Origin: Burkholderiales bacterium
GTDB lineage: Bacteria; Pseudomonadota; Gammaproteobacteria; Burkholderiales; Burkholderiaceae_C
Assembly (NCBI GenBank): GCA_038247175.1
Contig: JBBRVD010000001.1
Coordinates: forward strand, 1-63,406
Direction: 5' to 3'
Length of the DNA stretch: 63,406 nucleotides
Part shown: positions 9,657-18,842 of the stretch, piece by piece
How positions within the stretch are numbered: position 1 is the first letter of the stretch
Layout of the letters: every line of letters starts with the position of its first letter
Made by a program: the position numbers and the translations under genes
The notes under the pieces: model-generated
The model's database searches: none
The model's input: only the letters and a program-made list of their open reading frames with translations
What the model was told of the DNA's origin: nothing

Positions 9657-12061
9657 TACCGGTCGGCTATGGCGTCCTGATCGAAGCCCTGATCGAGGCC
9701 GTCTGGCTGGTGGATCCGGTCAGCCTGCGCATCGTGTCGGTCAACCAGGCAGCGGTGGACCTGGTCGGACTGGCCCGGGAGGATCTGCAGGGCCGTACCG
9801 CCGTCGAGCTGACCGCCACGCCGGAAGACCAGTATTTCTGGGAGGATGTGGCCGCCGGGCTCAGTCACACCATCCACTCGGAGACGCTGATGCGCACCGG
9901 CGACGGAATCGCGATTCCAGTCGATCGCCGGGTCAGCCGCATCTGGCTCGACGGCGCCACGCCGCTGTTCCTGGTCTGCCTGCAGGACCTGCGCCAGCAA
10001 CGCCGCACAGAGGGCGAGCTCGAGAGCCGGGTCGCCGAGCTGCGCGCGACGCTGGAATCCACCGCCGACGGCATCATGGCCAGCGATTTCGATGGCCGGG
10101 TACGCAACTACAACCGGCGTTTTGCCGAAATGTGGGATCTGCCCGAGTCGTTGATCGTGCGGCGCAACGATCCGGCCCTGTTTGCGCACATGGCGGCGGC
10201 CATGGCGGACTCGCAGCTGTACCAGGATCGGCTGTCCGAGATTGCGGCGTCGCCGCTGATGGAGGCGCACGATGAACTGTTGTTGCGCTGTGGTCGCGTC
10301 ATCGAGCGGCGTTCCCTGCCCCAGTTCCACCGGGGTCAACCCAGCGGCAGGGTATACGCGTTCCGCGACATCACCCAGCGCGTCGACAGCCAGGCTCAGT
10401 TGCGCCTTGCAGCCAAGGTATTCGAGTCCAGTCTGGACGCGATCTTCATCACCGGCGCCGATTTCCGCCTTCTGGCTGCCAACCCCAGCTGCGTGCGCCT
10501 GACCGGCGTGCAGCAGGCTGTCCTGATCGGCAGTTCCGCACGCGACTTCTTCCATGATCCGCATGACCAGGGCTTTTTCGTACGGGTGGCGCAACACCTG
10601 GATACCGATGGCTTCTGGGAGGGCGAAGTGCAGCGGCGGAGCGCTGGCCAGCAGGCGCAGACGGTGCAGGTGTGCTGGGTGTTGCTGCGCGACGACAACG
10701 GCCAGCCGGTGCACAGCATCTGCTTCTTCAAGGACCTGAGCGAGAAATATGCGGCCCAGCTGCGCATCGAGAACCTGGCTTATCGCGATGTATTGACCGG
10801 CCTGCCCAATCGCCTGCTGCTCACGCAAAGGGTCGACTTCGCGTTGCGCATGGCCGAGCGCAACGGGGGTCAGTTCGCGGTGTTCTTCCTGGACCTTGAC
10901 CGTTTCAAGAATATCAACGACTCGATGGGGCATGCCTTTGGCGACCGGGTGCTGGTGGAGGTGGCCACGCGCATCAATGCCTGCCTGCGCGACGTCGACA
11001 CCTTGTGCCGGCTCGGCGGCGATGAATTCGTCATCTTCCTGCAGGAGGCGGACGCGCCGGGCGCCGAGGCCTGCGCGCAACGCGTGTTGCGTGCGCTGGC
11101 AGATCCCTTCGTGCTCGACGGCATGAACTTCTCGGTCGGTTGCAGCATCGGCGTGGCCTTGTACCCGGATGACGGCAAGACGCTGGACGAACTGATCCAG
11201 TATGCCGACACGGCGATGTACCGGGTGAAGGAGCGAGGACGGGGCAGCTTCCGTTTCTACCAGCCGCAGATGAATGTCGACGTGTTGTCGCGCATCAAGA
11301 TGGACCACGCCATGCGCCAGGGACTGCTGCAGGGTCGCTTTTGCCTGCACTACCAGCCTCAGATCGCGCTGGCAGGCGGCCGCATGATCGGCGCCGAAGC
11401 GCTGGCGCGCTGGAACGATGCCGAGTTCGGCGACGTGTCTCCATCGGTGTTCATCGTCCTGGCCGAGGAGACCGGTTTCATCACCACGATCGGCAAATGG
11501 GTGCTGGAGCAGGCGGTGCGGCAGGCGGCAGCATGGCAGCGTGCCGGAACTCCGATTCCGGTATCGGTCAATGTGTCGGCGTTTCAATTCCATCAGTCCG
11601 ACTTCGTGTCCATGGTTGGTGCCACGTTGAGTGAAGCGGGGCTGTCGCCGACCTTGCTCGAGCTCGAGCTGACCGAGTCGATCCTGGTGCGCGATGCCGA
11701 CGAGGCACTGGAGCGGCTGCATGCGCTGGCGCGGCTGGGTGTGACGCTGTCGATCGACGATTTCGGCACCGGTTACTCGAGCCTGGCCTATCTCAAGCGT
11801 TTCCCGATCACCCGGCTCAAGATCGACCGATCCTTCGTGACCGGACTGCCGCAGGACGACAGCGATCGCGCCATCGTCAGCGCGACCATCGGCGTGGCGC
11901 GGGCGCTCGGACTCGACGTGGTCGCCGAAGGCGTTGAAACCCAGGCTCAAATGGAGTGCCTGCGTGGGCTCGGGTGCGCGGCCTATCAGGGCTTCCTGTG
12001 TTCACCGGCCGTTCCGGTGGAGCAATTCGAGCGGCTGATGGACACATTGCTCGGAGACTAG
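9653..12061 (+). CDS. PAS-domain GGDEF-EAL diguanylate cyclase/phosphodiesterase
   Basis: Three PAS-like repeats; DVLTGLPNR, RLGGDEF, EALARW, DDFGTGYSSL; GTG start overlaps the upstream stop. Confidence 0.93.
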   Translation: MIPVGYGVLIEALIEAVWLVDPVSLRIVSVNQAAVDLVGLAREDLQGRTAVELTATPEDQYFWEDVAAGLSHTIHSETLMRTGDGIAIPVDRRVSRIWLDGATPLFLVCLQDLRQQRRTEGELESRVAELRATLESTADGIMASDFDGRVRNYNRRFAEMWDLPESLIVRRNDPALFAHMAAAMADSQLYQDRLSEIAASPLMEAHDELLLRCGRVIERRSLPQFHRGQPSGRVYAFRDITQRVDSQAQLRLAAKVFESSLDAIFITGADFRLLAANPSCVRLTGVQQAVLIGSSARDFFHDPHDQGFFVRVAQHLDTDGFWEGEVQRRSAGQQAQTVQVCWVLLRDDNGQPVHSICFFKDLSEKYAAQLRIENLAYRDVLTGLPNRLLLTQRVDFALRMAERNGGQFAVFFLDLDRFKNINDSMGHAFGDRVLVEVATRINACLRDVDTLCRLGGDEFVIFLQEADAPGAEACAQRVLRALADPFVLDGMNFSVGCSIGVALYPDDGKTLDELIQYADTAMYRVKERGRGSFRFYQPQMNVDVLSRIKMDHAMRQGLLQGRFCLHYQPQIALAGGRMIGAEALARWNDAEFGDVSPSVFIVLAEETGFITTIGKWVLEQAVRQAAAWQRAGTPIPVSVNVSAFQFHQSDFVSMVGATLSEAGLSPTLLELELTESILVRDADEALERLHALARLGVTLSIDDFGTGYSSLAYLKRFPITRLKIDRSFVTGLPQDDSDRAIVSATIGVARALGLDVVAEGVETQAQMECLRGLGCAAYQGFLCSPAVPVEQFERLMDTLLGD

Positions 12062-12228
12062 GCGCTTGTAGCGACGCAGTAGTGCGGCTATCAGCCTACC
12101 CACGGCACAACAGGGTAGGCATGTCACCATTGAGCCCCATCCGTCCGGACAGGACGCCTGTGCAGTCCCGGTAGCGCTAGCGGGGCCGACACGACGGCCG
12201 TTCGGAGGAACTGCTCGAAGAAATAAGG

Positions 12229-12401
12229 GTGCCTGCAGCGGCCACCGGGCCGCATCCTGAACCGGGGTTCAGGTGGGCGAGGTCAGCGAAGGCGTCGGGT
12301 TCATCTGACGCGAGATGATCACACCAGCCAGGCGATGTTCCAAGCCCGAGCTACGAGAGCATTGGTTCAAGGAATTAAAAGCCCGATGGACACTGCAGAC
12401 G
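12229..12401 (-). ncRNA. ssrS: 6S RNA
   Basis: Downstream of zapA; closing stem GUCUGCAG/CUGCAGGC; CCUUGAACC near the 5' end and CUGAACC..GGUUCAG near the 3' end; own TACAAT -10 at 12407-12412. Confidence 0.88.
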
Positions 12402-12465
12402 GTCGGATTGTAGTGGCTTGCACCGAGTCTCGACTGGAAAAAGCACATGCGACGCAGGCCTGACC

Positions 12466-12810
12466 TCAAATCAGCTGGCCGTCTTCTCCCAGTGCGCGAT
12501 CGAGGCGGTCCAGCAGCGACGTGAGCATCATGTTGTCGTTGGCATCCGACTCGGATGATGCCTGCGCGGCCGACTCGGACGCCGGTGCCGGGACGGTGCC
12601 GGCCGCGACCGCGTTCTCGCCGAGGTCGAACGCCAGGTTCAACGCAGCCAGCACCGCGATCCGGTCGCGTGCACGCACCTTGCCGCCATCGCGGATCTTG
12701 CACATCGCGGTATCGACCCGCTCCACAGCCTCCAGCAAGCGCCCCTCGCCGCCGAGCGGGCATCCCAGCAGGTAGTTCTGGCCCATGATCTGCACTTCAA
12801 GCTGCTTCAT
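12466..12810 (-). CDS. zapA: cell division protein ZapA
   Basis: VQIMGQNYLLGCP, DRIAVLAALNLA; precedes 6S RNA. Confidence 0.9.
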   Translation of the reverse strand: MKQLEVQIMGQNYLLGCPLGGEGRLLEAVERVDTAMCKIRDGGKVRARDRIAVLAALNLAFDLGENAVAAGTVPAPASESAAQASSESDANDNMMLTSLLDRLDRALGEDGQLI

Positions 12811-13037
12811 GACGCATCTTTGGTGTGATTGCCAACGCCGGCTTCGGGCAACCGGTCCAGCAGGGCGTCAACCCGGGCCCGTGCCGCTCCCAGGCGCGAT
12901 TTCAGCGAATCACGCTCGTTGGTGAGTGTCTCGACCTGGCTCGCGAGCAGTACGTTGGTGCGCTGCAATTCTGCGTGGCGCACCAGCAATCGCTCCACCC
13001 GCTCGGCGATCTGGTCGATTTTGGTCTGTTTCGACAT
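12807..13037 (-). CDS. coiled-coil ZapB-like (DUF904-type) protein
   Basis: Short heptad protein (IAERVERLL..ARARVDALLDRLP) coupled to zapA by an ATGA overlap. Confidence 0.8.
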   Translation of the reverse strand: MSKQTKIDQIAERVERLLVRHAELQRTNVLLASQVETLTNERDSLKSRLGAARARVDALLDRLPEAGVGNHTKDAS

Positions 13038-13086
13038 ACGCCGGCATTGTAGAGTTAGCCTGCCGCCGGTCGCATAGAATCGCCAG

Positions 13087-13291
13087 GTTGGTGCTCGCGG
13101 TGTGGTTCGCATGCCGCAGTTCAACGGGAAGCAGGAGGCCAAGCCGGCAACGGCAAGGTTAACCTGCGCTGCCCCCGCAACGGTAAGTGGACGGGTCTTC
13201 GCACCCCGCAGCCATCACAGCCACTGGACGCCCTTAACAGGCGTCTGGGAAGGCGATGGTCGTCGCTCCATCAGCCCGGATACCGGCCAAC
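13087..13291 (+). promoter_or_regulatory. cobalamin (AdoCbl) riboswitch
   Basis: AACGGGAAGCAGG, CCTGCGCTGCCCCCGCAACGGTA, GCCACTGG..CTGGGAAGGC, B12-box AGCCCGGATACCGGCC; upstream of btuB; TAGAAT -10 at 13075. Confidence 0.95.
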
Positions 13292-13373
13292 AAGGCGGTC
13301 GGCTGCTTGCAGCCGGCCACGGCGCCCATTAGCTGTCGGGGACGACGGCCCGGGTTTTCAATCGAGTCCATCC

Positions 13374-15236
13374 ATGATGTTCAGGTCCCGCTCCTTCGCG
13401 CGTTTTGGCGCGTTTTCGCTTGTTATCGCCTCGGCATTCCCTGTGTTTGCCCAATCGCCGTCAACCCCTGTACTGCCGGAGGTCGTGGTAACCGCCACGC
13501 GCAGCCCTCAGTTGCTCAGCGCCGCTTTGGCGCACACCACCGTCATCAATCGCGGAGACATCGTGCGCTCGCAGGCGACCGATGTGTTCACCTTGCTCGA
13601 GCGTGAGGCAGGCCTGCAACGCACTCAGAATGGAGGCCTGGGAGCCGTATCCAGCCTGTTCGTGCGCGGTTCGCCCACGCTCGATACCTTGATCCTGATC
13701 GACGGCATCGCACTCAACAAGCAGGACGCTTCCGGCGCTGCCAGCCTCGAACATCTGATGCTGGACAATATCGAGCGCGTCGAGGTCGTCCGTGGCAACG
13801 TCTCGGCCATCTATGGTTCGGGTGCGATCGGTGGCGTGATCCAGATCTTTACCCGCGGCGCTTCGCAGACGCCGTCGGCCGCCGTGTCGATGGAATTCGG
13901 GCCACGGGCATCGCGCAAGGCGTCGGGCAGTGTGAATGCGACGGCAGGCGCAACATCCCTGGGGCTGGTGGTGTCCCGCACCGAGACTAACGGCTTCTCG
14001 GCCCTCAACACGGCGCAGCAACCCAGTGCCAACCCGGACGCCGACGGGTACCGCAATGCCAGTGTGAACCTGTCGCTGGTCCACCGGCTGTCGAAGGACC
14101 ACAATGTCGGTCTGCGGGTCATGCGCTCGACGGGCGATCTGGAGTACGACAGTGCGTTCGGTGCCCCCGTCGACATTCAGACAGCCACGACGAACTTGGG
14201 TCAATCGACCTTGTTCACGGACAATACCTGGGGCCGTTGGCGCAGTCGCATTTCGCTGGGAGAGTTGTCGGACAAGAGCGAGAGCCGCGACGACGGCGTG
14301 TTCGGTTCGACGGATTCGTTTGTCACGCGTGTCACGATGCTGAACTGGGTCAATACCGTGAATCTGGGCACGGGTTGGTTGGCGACGGCCGGTCTCGAAC
14401 TGCAACGCCAACGTGCGGTTGCCGCGACCACGTCGGCTTTTGGCAGTCCCTATGACGTGCGGCGCAACGCCCGATCGGCTTTTGCCGGCCTCGAAGGCCG
14501 CGTCGGACCTGGAGATATCCAGTTCAATGTGCGCCATGATTTGGTCGGGACGTTGCAGGAAAACACGGGTTATCTCGGATATGGCCTGCCCGTCACCGAG
14601 CATGTCAAATTGATTGCCAATTTGTCGACCGCTTTCAATGCACCGCCGCTGGGGTACCTGTTTGCGCCGGGTTTTGGCAATCCAGCGCTGCGACCGGAGA
14701 AGGCGCGCAGCAAGGAGGTTGGCCTGCAATATGAACAGGCTGGGCATCTCGCGCGTGTGACCCTGTTCGACACCCGTGTCACGGATCAGCTTGTGTACGA
14801 CAACACTACATTTGCATTTGCCAACATCGCCCGCACCCGGAACCAGGGCGCAGAGTTGTCCTATAAAGGCCGTATCGGCAATACCGACCTGCGGGCCAGT
14901 CTGACCGTTCAGGACCCGACCGACGAGCTCACTGGCCAGACTTTGCGGCGGCGTGCCCGCCAGATGGCATCGTTCGGATTGTCACACCCGGTGGGACCAT
15001 GGCGATTCGACGGAAACCTCCGCTACAGCGGTGAGCGCCCCGATGGGGTGAATACGAGGCTGGCGGCCTACTCGGTACTGGACATGTCGCTGTCGTACCA
15101 GTTGTCGCGGGAGTGGGTGCTCAAGGGACGTCTGGACAATGTGACCGACAAACGGTACCAGACCGCCAACCAATACAACCAGACTCCGCGCAGCTTGTAT
15201 GTGGGTGTGACCTGGACGCCTGTGTTGGGGTTGTAG
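13374..15236 (+). CDS. btuB: TonB-dependent vitamin B12 receptor
   Basis: Signal peptide, EVVVTATR, IERVEVVRG..YGSGAIGGVI plug, barrel C-terminus; under a B12 riboswitch. Confidence 0.88.
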   Translation: MMFRSRSFARFGAFSLVIASAFPVFAQSPSTPVLPEVVVTATRSPQLLSAALAHTTVINRGDIVRSQATDVFTLLEREAGLQRTQNGGLGAVSSLFVRGSPTLDTLILIDGIALNKQDASGAASLEHLMLDNIERVEVVRGNVSAIYGSGAIGGVIQIFTRGASQTPSAAVSMEFGPRASRKASGSVNATAGATSLGLVVSRTETNGFSALNTAQQPSANPDADGYRNASVNLSLVHRLSKDHNVGLRVMRSTGDLEYDSAFGAPVDIQTATTNLGQSTLFTDNTWGRWRSRISLGELSDKSESRDDGVFGSTDSFVTRVTMLNWVNTVNLGTGWLATAGLELQRQRAVAATTSAFGSPYDVRRNARSAFAGLEGRVGPGDIQFNVRHDLVGTLQENTGYLGYGLPVTEHVKLIANLSTAFNAPPLGYLFAPGFGNPALRPEKARSKEVGLQYEQAGHLARVTLFDTRVTDQLVYDNTTFAFANIARTRNQGAELSYKGRIGNTDLRASLTVQDPTDELTGQTLRRRARQMASFGLSHPVGPWRFDGNLRYSGERPDGVNTRLAAYSVLDMSLSYQLSREWVLKGRLDNVTDKRYQTANQYNQTPRSLYVGVTWTPVLGL

Positions 15237-15252
15237 ACCACTTGTGATGCCG

Positions 15253-16083
15253 ATGGCTGAAGCGATACACACCACCGATGGCCACGTGCTGGGCCCGCAG
15301 CGCATCGTGTGCCTGACCGAGGAGACCACCGAGTGGTTGTATCTGCTCGGACAGGAGCACCGCATCGTCGGCATCTCCGGATACACCGTGCGGCCGCGCC
15401 GGGCCCGCCAGGAAAAGCCGCGGATCAGCGCCTTCCTGACCGCCAAGATCGACAAGATCCTGGCGCTGGAACCCGACTGCGTGTTCGGTTTCTCCGACCT
15501 GCAGGCCGACATCGCGTCGGCCTTGATCCGGCACGGGATACAGGTGACGGTGTTCAACCAGCGCAGCGTGGAGTCGATTTTCTCGATGATGTACCAGGTC
15601 GCAGCCATGGTCGGACAAGCGCAGGGGGGGCTGGAGCAGATAGCCGCGATGCGCGCCGGGCTCGACTCGATGCGCGCTGCGGCTGCGGCACTGGCGCGCC
15701 GGCCCAGGGTGTATTTCGAGGAGTGGGACGAACCGGCGATCAGCGCGATCCGTTGGGTCTCGGAGCTGATGGGTATTGCCGGTGGTGACGACTGTTTTCC
15801 GGAGCTGGCCAGCCAGGCCATGGGTCGGGACCGCATCATCGCCGACCGCGACGAGATCGTGCGGCGCGACCCGGACATGATCATCGGCTCCTGGTGTGGC
15901 AAGAAGTTCCGTCCCGAGACCGTGGCGGCCCGGCCGGGTTGGGCGGGTGTACGCGCGGTGCGCGATCGACAGATCTTCGAGATCAAGTCCGCCGACATTT
16001 TGCAGCCCGGCCCGGCTGCGCTGACCGATGGCGCCGCACAACTGCACCGCCTCGTGATGGAGTGGGCGCAGCACCATGGTTGA
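15253..16083 (+). CDS. BtuF-like cobalamin-binding protein without an evident signal peptide
   Basis: PQRIVCLTEETTE, RPRVYFEEWD, ILQPGP; start may be 15244-15253. Confidence 0.8.
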   Translation: MAEAIHTTDGHVLGPQRIVCLTEETTEWLYLLGQEHRIVGISGYTVRPRRARQEKPRISAFLTAKIDKILALEPDCVFGFSDLQADIASALIRHGIQVTVFNQRSVESIFSMMYQVAAMVGQAQGGLEQIAAMRAGLDSMRAAAAALARRPRVYFEEWDEPAISAIRWVSELMGIAGGDDCFPELASQAMGRDRIIADRDEIVRRDPDMIIGSWCGKKFRPETVAARPGWAGVRAVRDRQIFEIKSADILQPGPAALTDGAAQLHRLVMEWAQHHG

Positions 16084-16999
16084 TACGATGCCGCGGTTGG
16101 ACGTCATGGTCTGGCCGCGGCGCTGGAACCCGGCCCGGGCCATACGCGCGGTGCTGCTGCTGCTGTGCCTCGTGTTCGCCGCAGCTGGCGCGGGTGCGCT
16201 CGAGATCACCGACGACCGTGGCGTGCGGGTGACGGTTGCCGTCGCACCGGCGCGGATCGTCACTGTCCTTCCCTCGCTGACCGAAATGGTGTGTCAGCTC
16301 GGCCACTGCCAGCGCCTGGTTGGCGTGGACCGCTACTCCAATTTCCCGGAATCGGTGCGCCAGTTGCCGCGCGTCGGTGGCGGTCTGGACCCCAGTGTGG
16401 AGGCGATCGTCGCGTTGCGGCCCGATCTGGTGCTGCTGGCCGCCTCCTCGCCGGTGGCCGCGCGCCTGGAGTCGCTGGGCCTGGTGGTACTGGCGTTCGA
16501 GCCCAAGCGGTACGCCGATGTGCGCCGGGTGCTGGACCAACTCGGCCGGGTGCTCGATGCCGGGCCGCAGGCGCAGCACGCGTGGAATGCGATCGAGTCC
16601 GGCGTGGCTGCCGCCGCGCAGTCCTTGCCACCGTCGGCGCGCGGCACACGCGTGTATTTCGAGGTCAATGCCGCACCGTACGCCGCGGGAGAGTCGTCGT
16701 TCATCGGCGAGACGCTGCAGCGCCTGGGCCTGCGCAACATCGTACCGGCACAACTGGGGGCATTCCCGCGCATCAATCCCGAGTTCGTCGTGCGCGCCGA
16801 TCCGGACCTCATCATGGTGGGTGACGCCAGCTTCGTCGGCATGCTCCAGCGTCCGGGCTGGTCGCGCATGCGCGCCATTGCCGAAAAGCGGGTCTGCGTG
16901 TTCGATCCGGCGCAAGCCGATGTCATGGTGCGGGCCGGCCCGCGTATCGCCGAGGCTGCGCATGCCATGGCCCGGTGCGTAACGAGCCACCGGCCGTGA
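16076..16999 (+). CDS. btuF: periplasmic cobalamin/Fe-chelate binding protein (BtuF)
   Basis: Signal peptide, TDDRG, RIVTVLPSLTE, GVDRYSNFP, RAGPRI; exact start uncertain. Confidence 0.85.
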   Translation: MVDTMPRLDVMVWPRRWNPARAIRAVLLLLCLVFAAAGAGALEITDDRGVRVTVAVAPARIVTVLPSLTEMVCQLGHCQRLVGVDRYSNFPESVRQLPRVGGGLDPSVEAIVALRPDLVLLAASSPVAARLESLGLVVLAFEPKRYADVRRVLDQLGRVLDAGPQAQHAWNAIESGVAAAAQSLPPSARGTRVYFEVNAAPYAAGESSFIGETLQRLGLRNIVPAQLGAFPRINPEFVVRADPDLIMVGDASFVGMLQRPGWSRMRAIAEKRVCVFDPAQADVMVRAGPRIAEAAHAMARCVTSHRP

Positions 17000-18024
17000 T
17001 GGTGCAGCCTGACTCCCCGTTGCGACGGCAGGCGCGATGGCCAGCGGTGGTTGCCGGCGCGTTGCTGGCGCTCTCGTTCCTGCTGCTGCTGCTCGCCGCC
17101 GCCATAGGCAGCACCGGTCTGGAAAGCCTGACGACACTGCGCGATGACCCGGTGGCGCTGCAGATCATCCGTGACATCCGGGCGCCGCGTGCGCTGGGCG
17201 CCTGGCTGGCCGGCGCCTTGCTCGGCCTGGCGGGAGCGATCGCGCAAGGCCTGTTCCGCAACCCGCTGGCCGACCCGTATCTGCTGGGCAGCGCCTCGGG
17301 CGCCTCGCTCGGCGTCTCCATTGCGCTGGTGGCCATGGGCGCGACGCCGTATGCCAGCGCTTGGCTGTCCCGGCTGGGCCTGACGGGTGCCGCATTCGTG
17401 GGGGCCACCGGCGCGGTATTTCTGACGCTGGTGCTGGCGCAGGGCGTGCACCAGACCATGCGCCTGTTGTTGGCCGGTGTTGTCGTGGGTGTAGTGCTGG
17501 GAGCGCTCGGCTCGCTGGTCATGATGCTGCAGCCGGAGGTGATGTTGTCGATGCAAGCCTTCATGCTGGGCAGCACCGGATTCGTCGGCTGGTCGGCCTG
17601 CGCCGTGATGGCGCTGGTCTGGCTGCTGTGCGCACCGCTGGCCATCGCGCTGAGCCGGGTTCTGGACGGTCTGTCCTTGGGCGAGGCGACCGCCGCCAGC
17701 CTGGGCCTGCCGCTGCCGCGGGCCCGGGTCGTGCTCGTCGTCACGCTGGCACTGGCCACCGGCGCGGCCGTGGCGCAGACCGGCCTGATCGCCTTCGTCG
17801 GGCTGGCGGCGCCTCATCTGGTGCGCTCGATCGTGCGCACGACGCACCGCAATTTCCTGCTGCTGGCCAGCCTGATGGGCGGCCTGTTGCTGCTGGCAGC
17901 CGATACTCTGGCTCGTTCGCTGATCGCGCCGCAGGAACTGCCGGTGGGCGTGTTGACCGCCGTGCTGGGCGGCGGCTACCTGTTGTGGTTGATGCACCGG
18001 CGCAGCGGCGCGCCAGGAGGATAG
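16999..18024 (+). CDS. btuC: FecCD/BtuC-family ABC permease
   Basis: IRAPR, QGLFRNPLADPYLLG, FVGLAAPH, ELPVGV. Confidence 0.9.
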   Translation: MVQPDSPLRRQARWPAVVAGALLALSFLLLLLAAAIGSTGLESLTTLRDDPVALQIIRDIRAPRALGAWLAGALLGLAGAIAQGLFRNPLADPYLLGSASGASLGVSIALVAMGATPYASAWLSRLGLTGAAFVGATGAVFLTLVLAQGVHQTMRLLLAGVVVGVVLGALGSLVMMLQPEVMLSMQAFMLGSTGFVGWSACAVMALVWLLCAPLAIALSRVLDGLSLGEATAASLGLPLPRARVVLVVTLALATGAAVAQTGLIAFVGLAAPHLVRSIVRTTHRNFLLLASLMGGLLLLAADTLARSLIAPQELPVGVLTAVLGGGYLLWLMHRRSGAPGG

Positions 18025-18025
18025 A

Positions 18026-18814
18026 TTGGGGCCTGTCACCGTTTCCCCCGCCTGCGCCTTGCAGGCACATGGACTGCATGTGCAACTGGGACGGTTGCCG
18101 GTGTTGCACGGCATCGACCTGACATTGCCACGGGGACGCTGGACCAGCGTCGTCGGTCCCAACGGCGCTGGCAAGTCGACGCTGCTCAAGGCGCTGGCGC
18201 AGCTGATTCCGCATTCCGGCGAGGTGCATCTGCTGGGTGATCCGGTGGCCACCGTACCGGCGCGGTTGCGGGCGCGGCGCATGGCCTGGCTGGGCCAGAA
18301 TGAATCGAGTGGTGACGACCTGCGGGTATGGGACGTGGTCATGCTGGGTCGATTGCCGCACCAGGCCTGGCTGGCGGGTCCGGGCCCGGCCGATGCCCTG
18401 GCAGTGGAGCAGGCCCTGCGTGCCACCCAGGCCTGGGAATGGCGCTCGCGTGCGCTGGGCCAATTGTCGGGCGGCGAACGCCAGCGGGTGTTGCTGGCGA
18501 GGGCGCTGGCGGTGCAGGCTGATGTGCTGCTGATGGATGAACCGCTGGCCAACCTGGATCCGCCGCACCAATCCGACTGGCTGCGCATGGTGCGCCAGCT
18601 GCTGGCGCAGCGCCGCACTGTTGTCAGTGTGTTGCATGAAATCTCTTTCGCCTTGCATGCCGATGAGATGCTGATCATGGCCCAGGGCCGGGTGCGGCAT
18701 CAGGGTCGCTGCGCCGACGCAGCCACTCACCGCATGCTCGAGCAGGTGTTCGACCACCGGATCGCCATCGTGCCGGTGGCCGGGCAATGGGTTGCGCTGG
18801 CCCGCGACGACTGA
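18026..18814 (+). CDS. btuD: ABC transporter ATP-binding protein (BtuD/FepC-type)
   Basis: GPNGAGKST, LSGGERQR, LLMDEP; start codon uncertain. Confidence 0.88.
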   Translation: MGPVTVSPACALQAHGLHVQLGRLPVLHGIDLTLPRGRWTSVVGPNGAGKSTLLKALAQLIPHSGEVHLLGDPVATVPARLRARRMAWLGQNESSGDDLRVWDVVMLGRLPHQAWLAGPGPADALAVEQALRATQAWEWRSRALGQLSGGERQRVLLARALAVQADVLLMDEPLANLDPPHQSDWLRMVRQLLAQRRTVVSVLHEISFALHADEMLIMAQGRVRHQGRCADAATHRMLEQVFDHRIAIVPVAGQWVALARDD

Positions 18815-18842
18815 CGATGATGATCAAGACCGCACCACAACC

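Noticed and set aside
9605-11950. 781-aa minus ORF; likewise 2851-4602, 16333-18678, 48282-50630, 55851-57359
   Set aside because: Antisense shadows of well-supported genes
12140-12160. GTCCGGACAGGAC resembling the SRP RNA loop
   Set aside because: Lacks the CAGG..GGAA..AGCAG conserved core and the long helix
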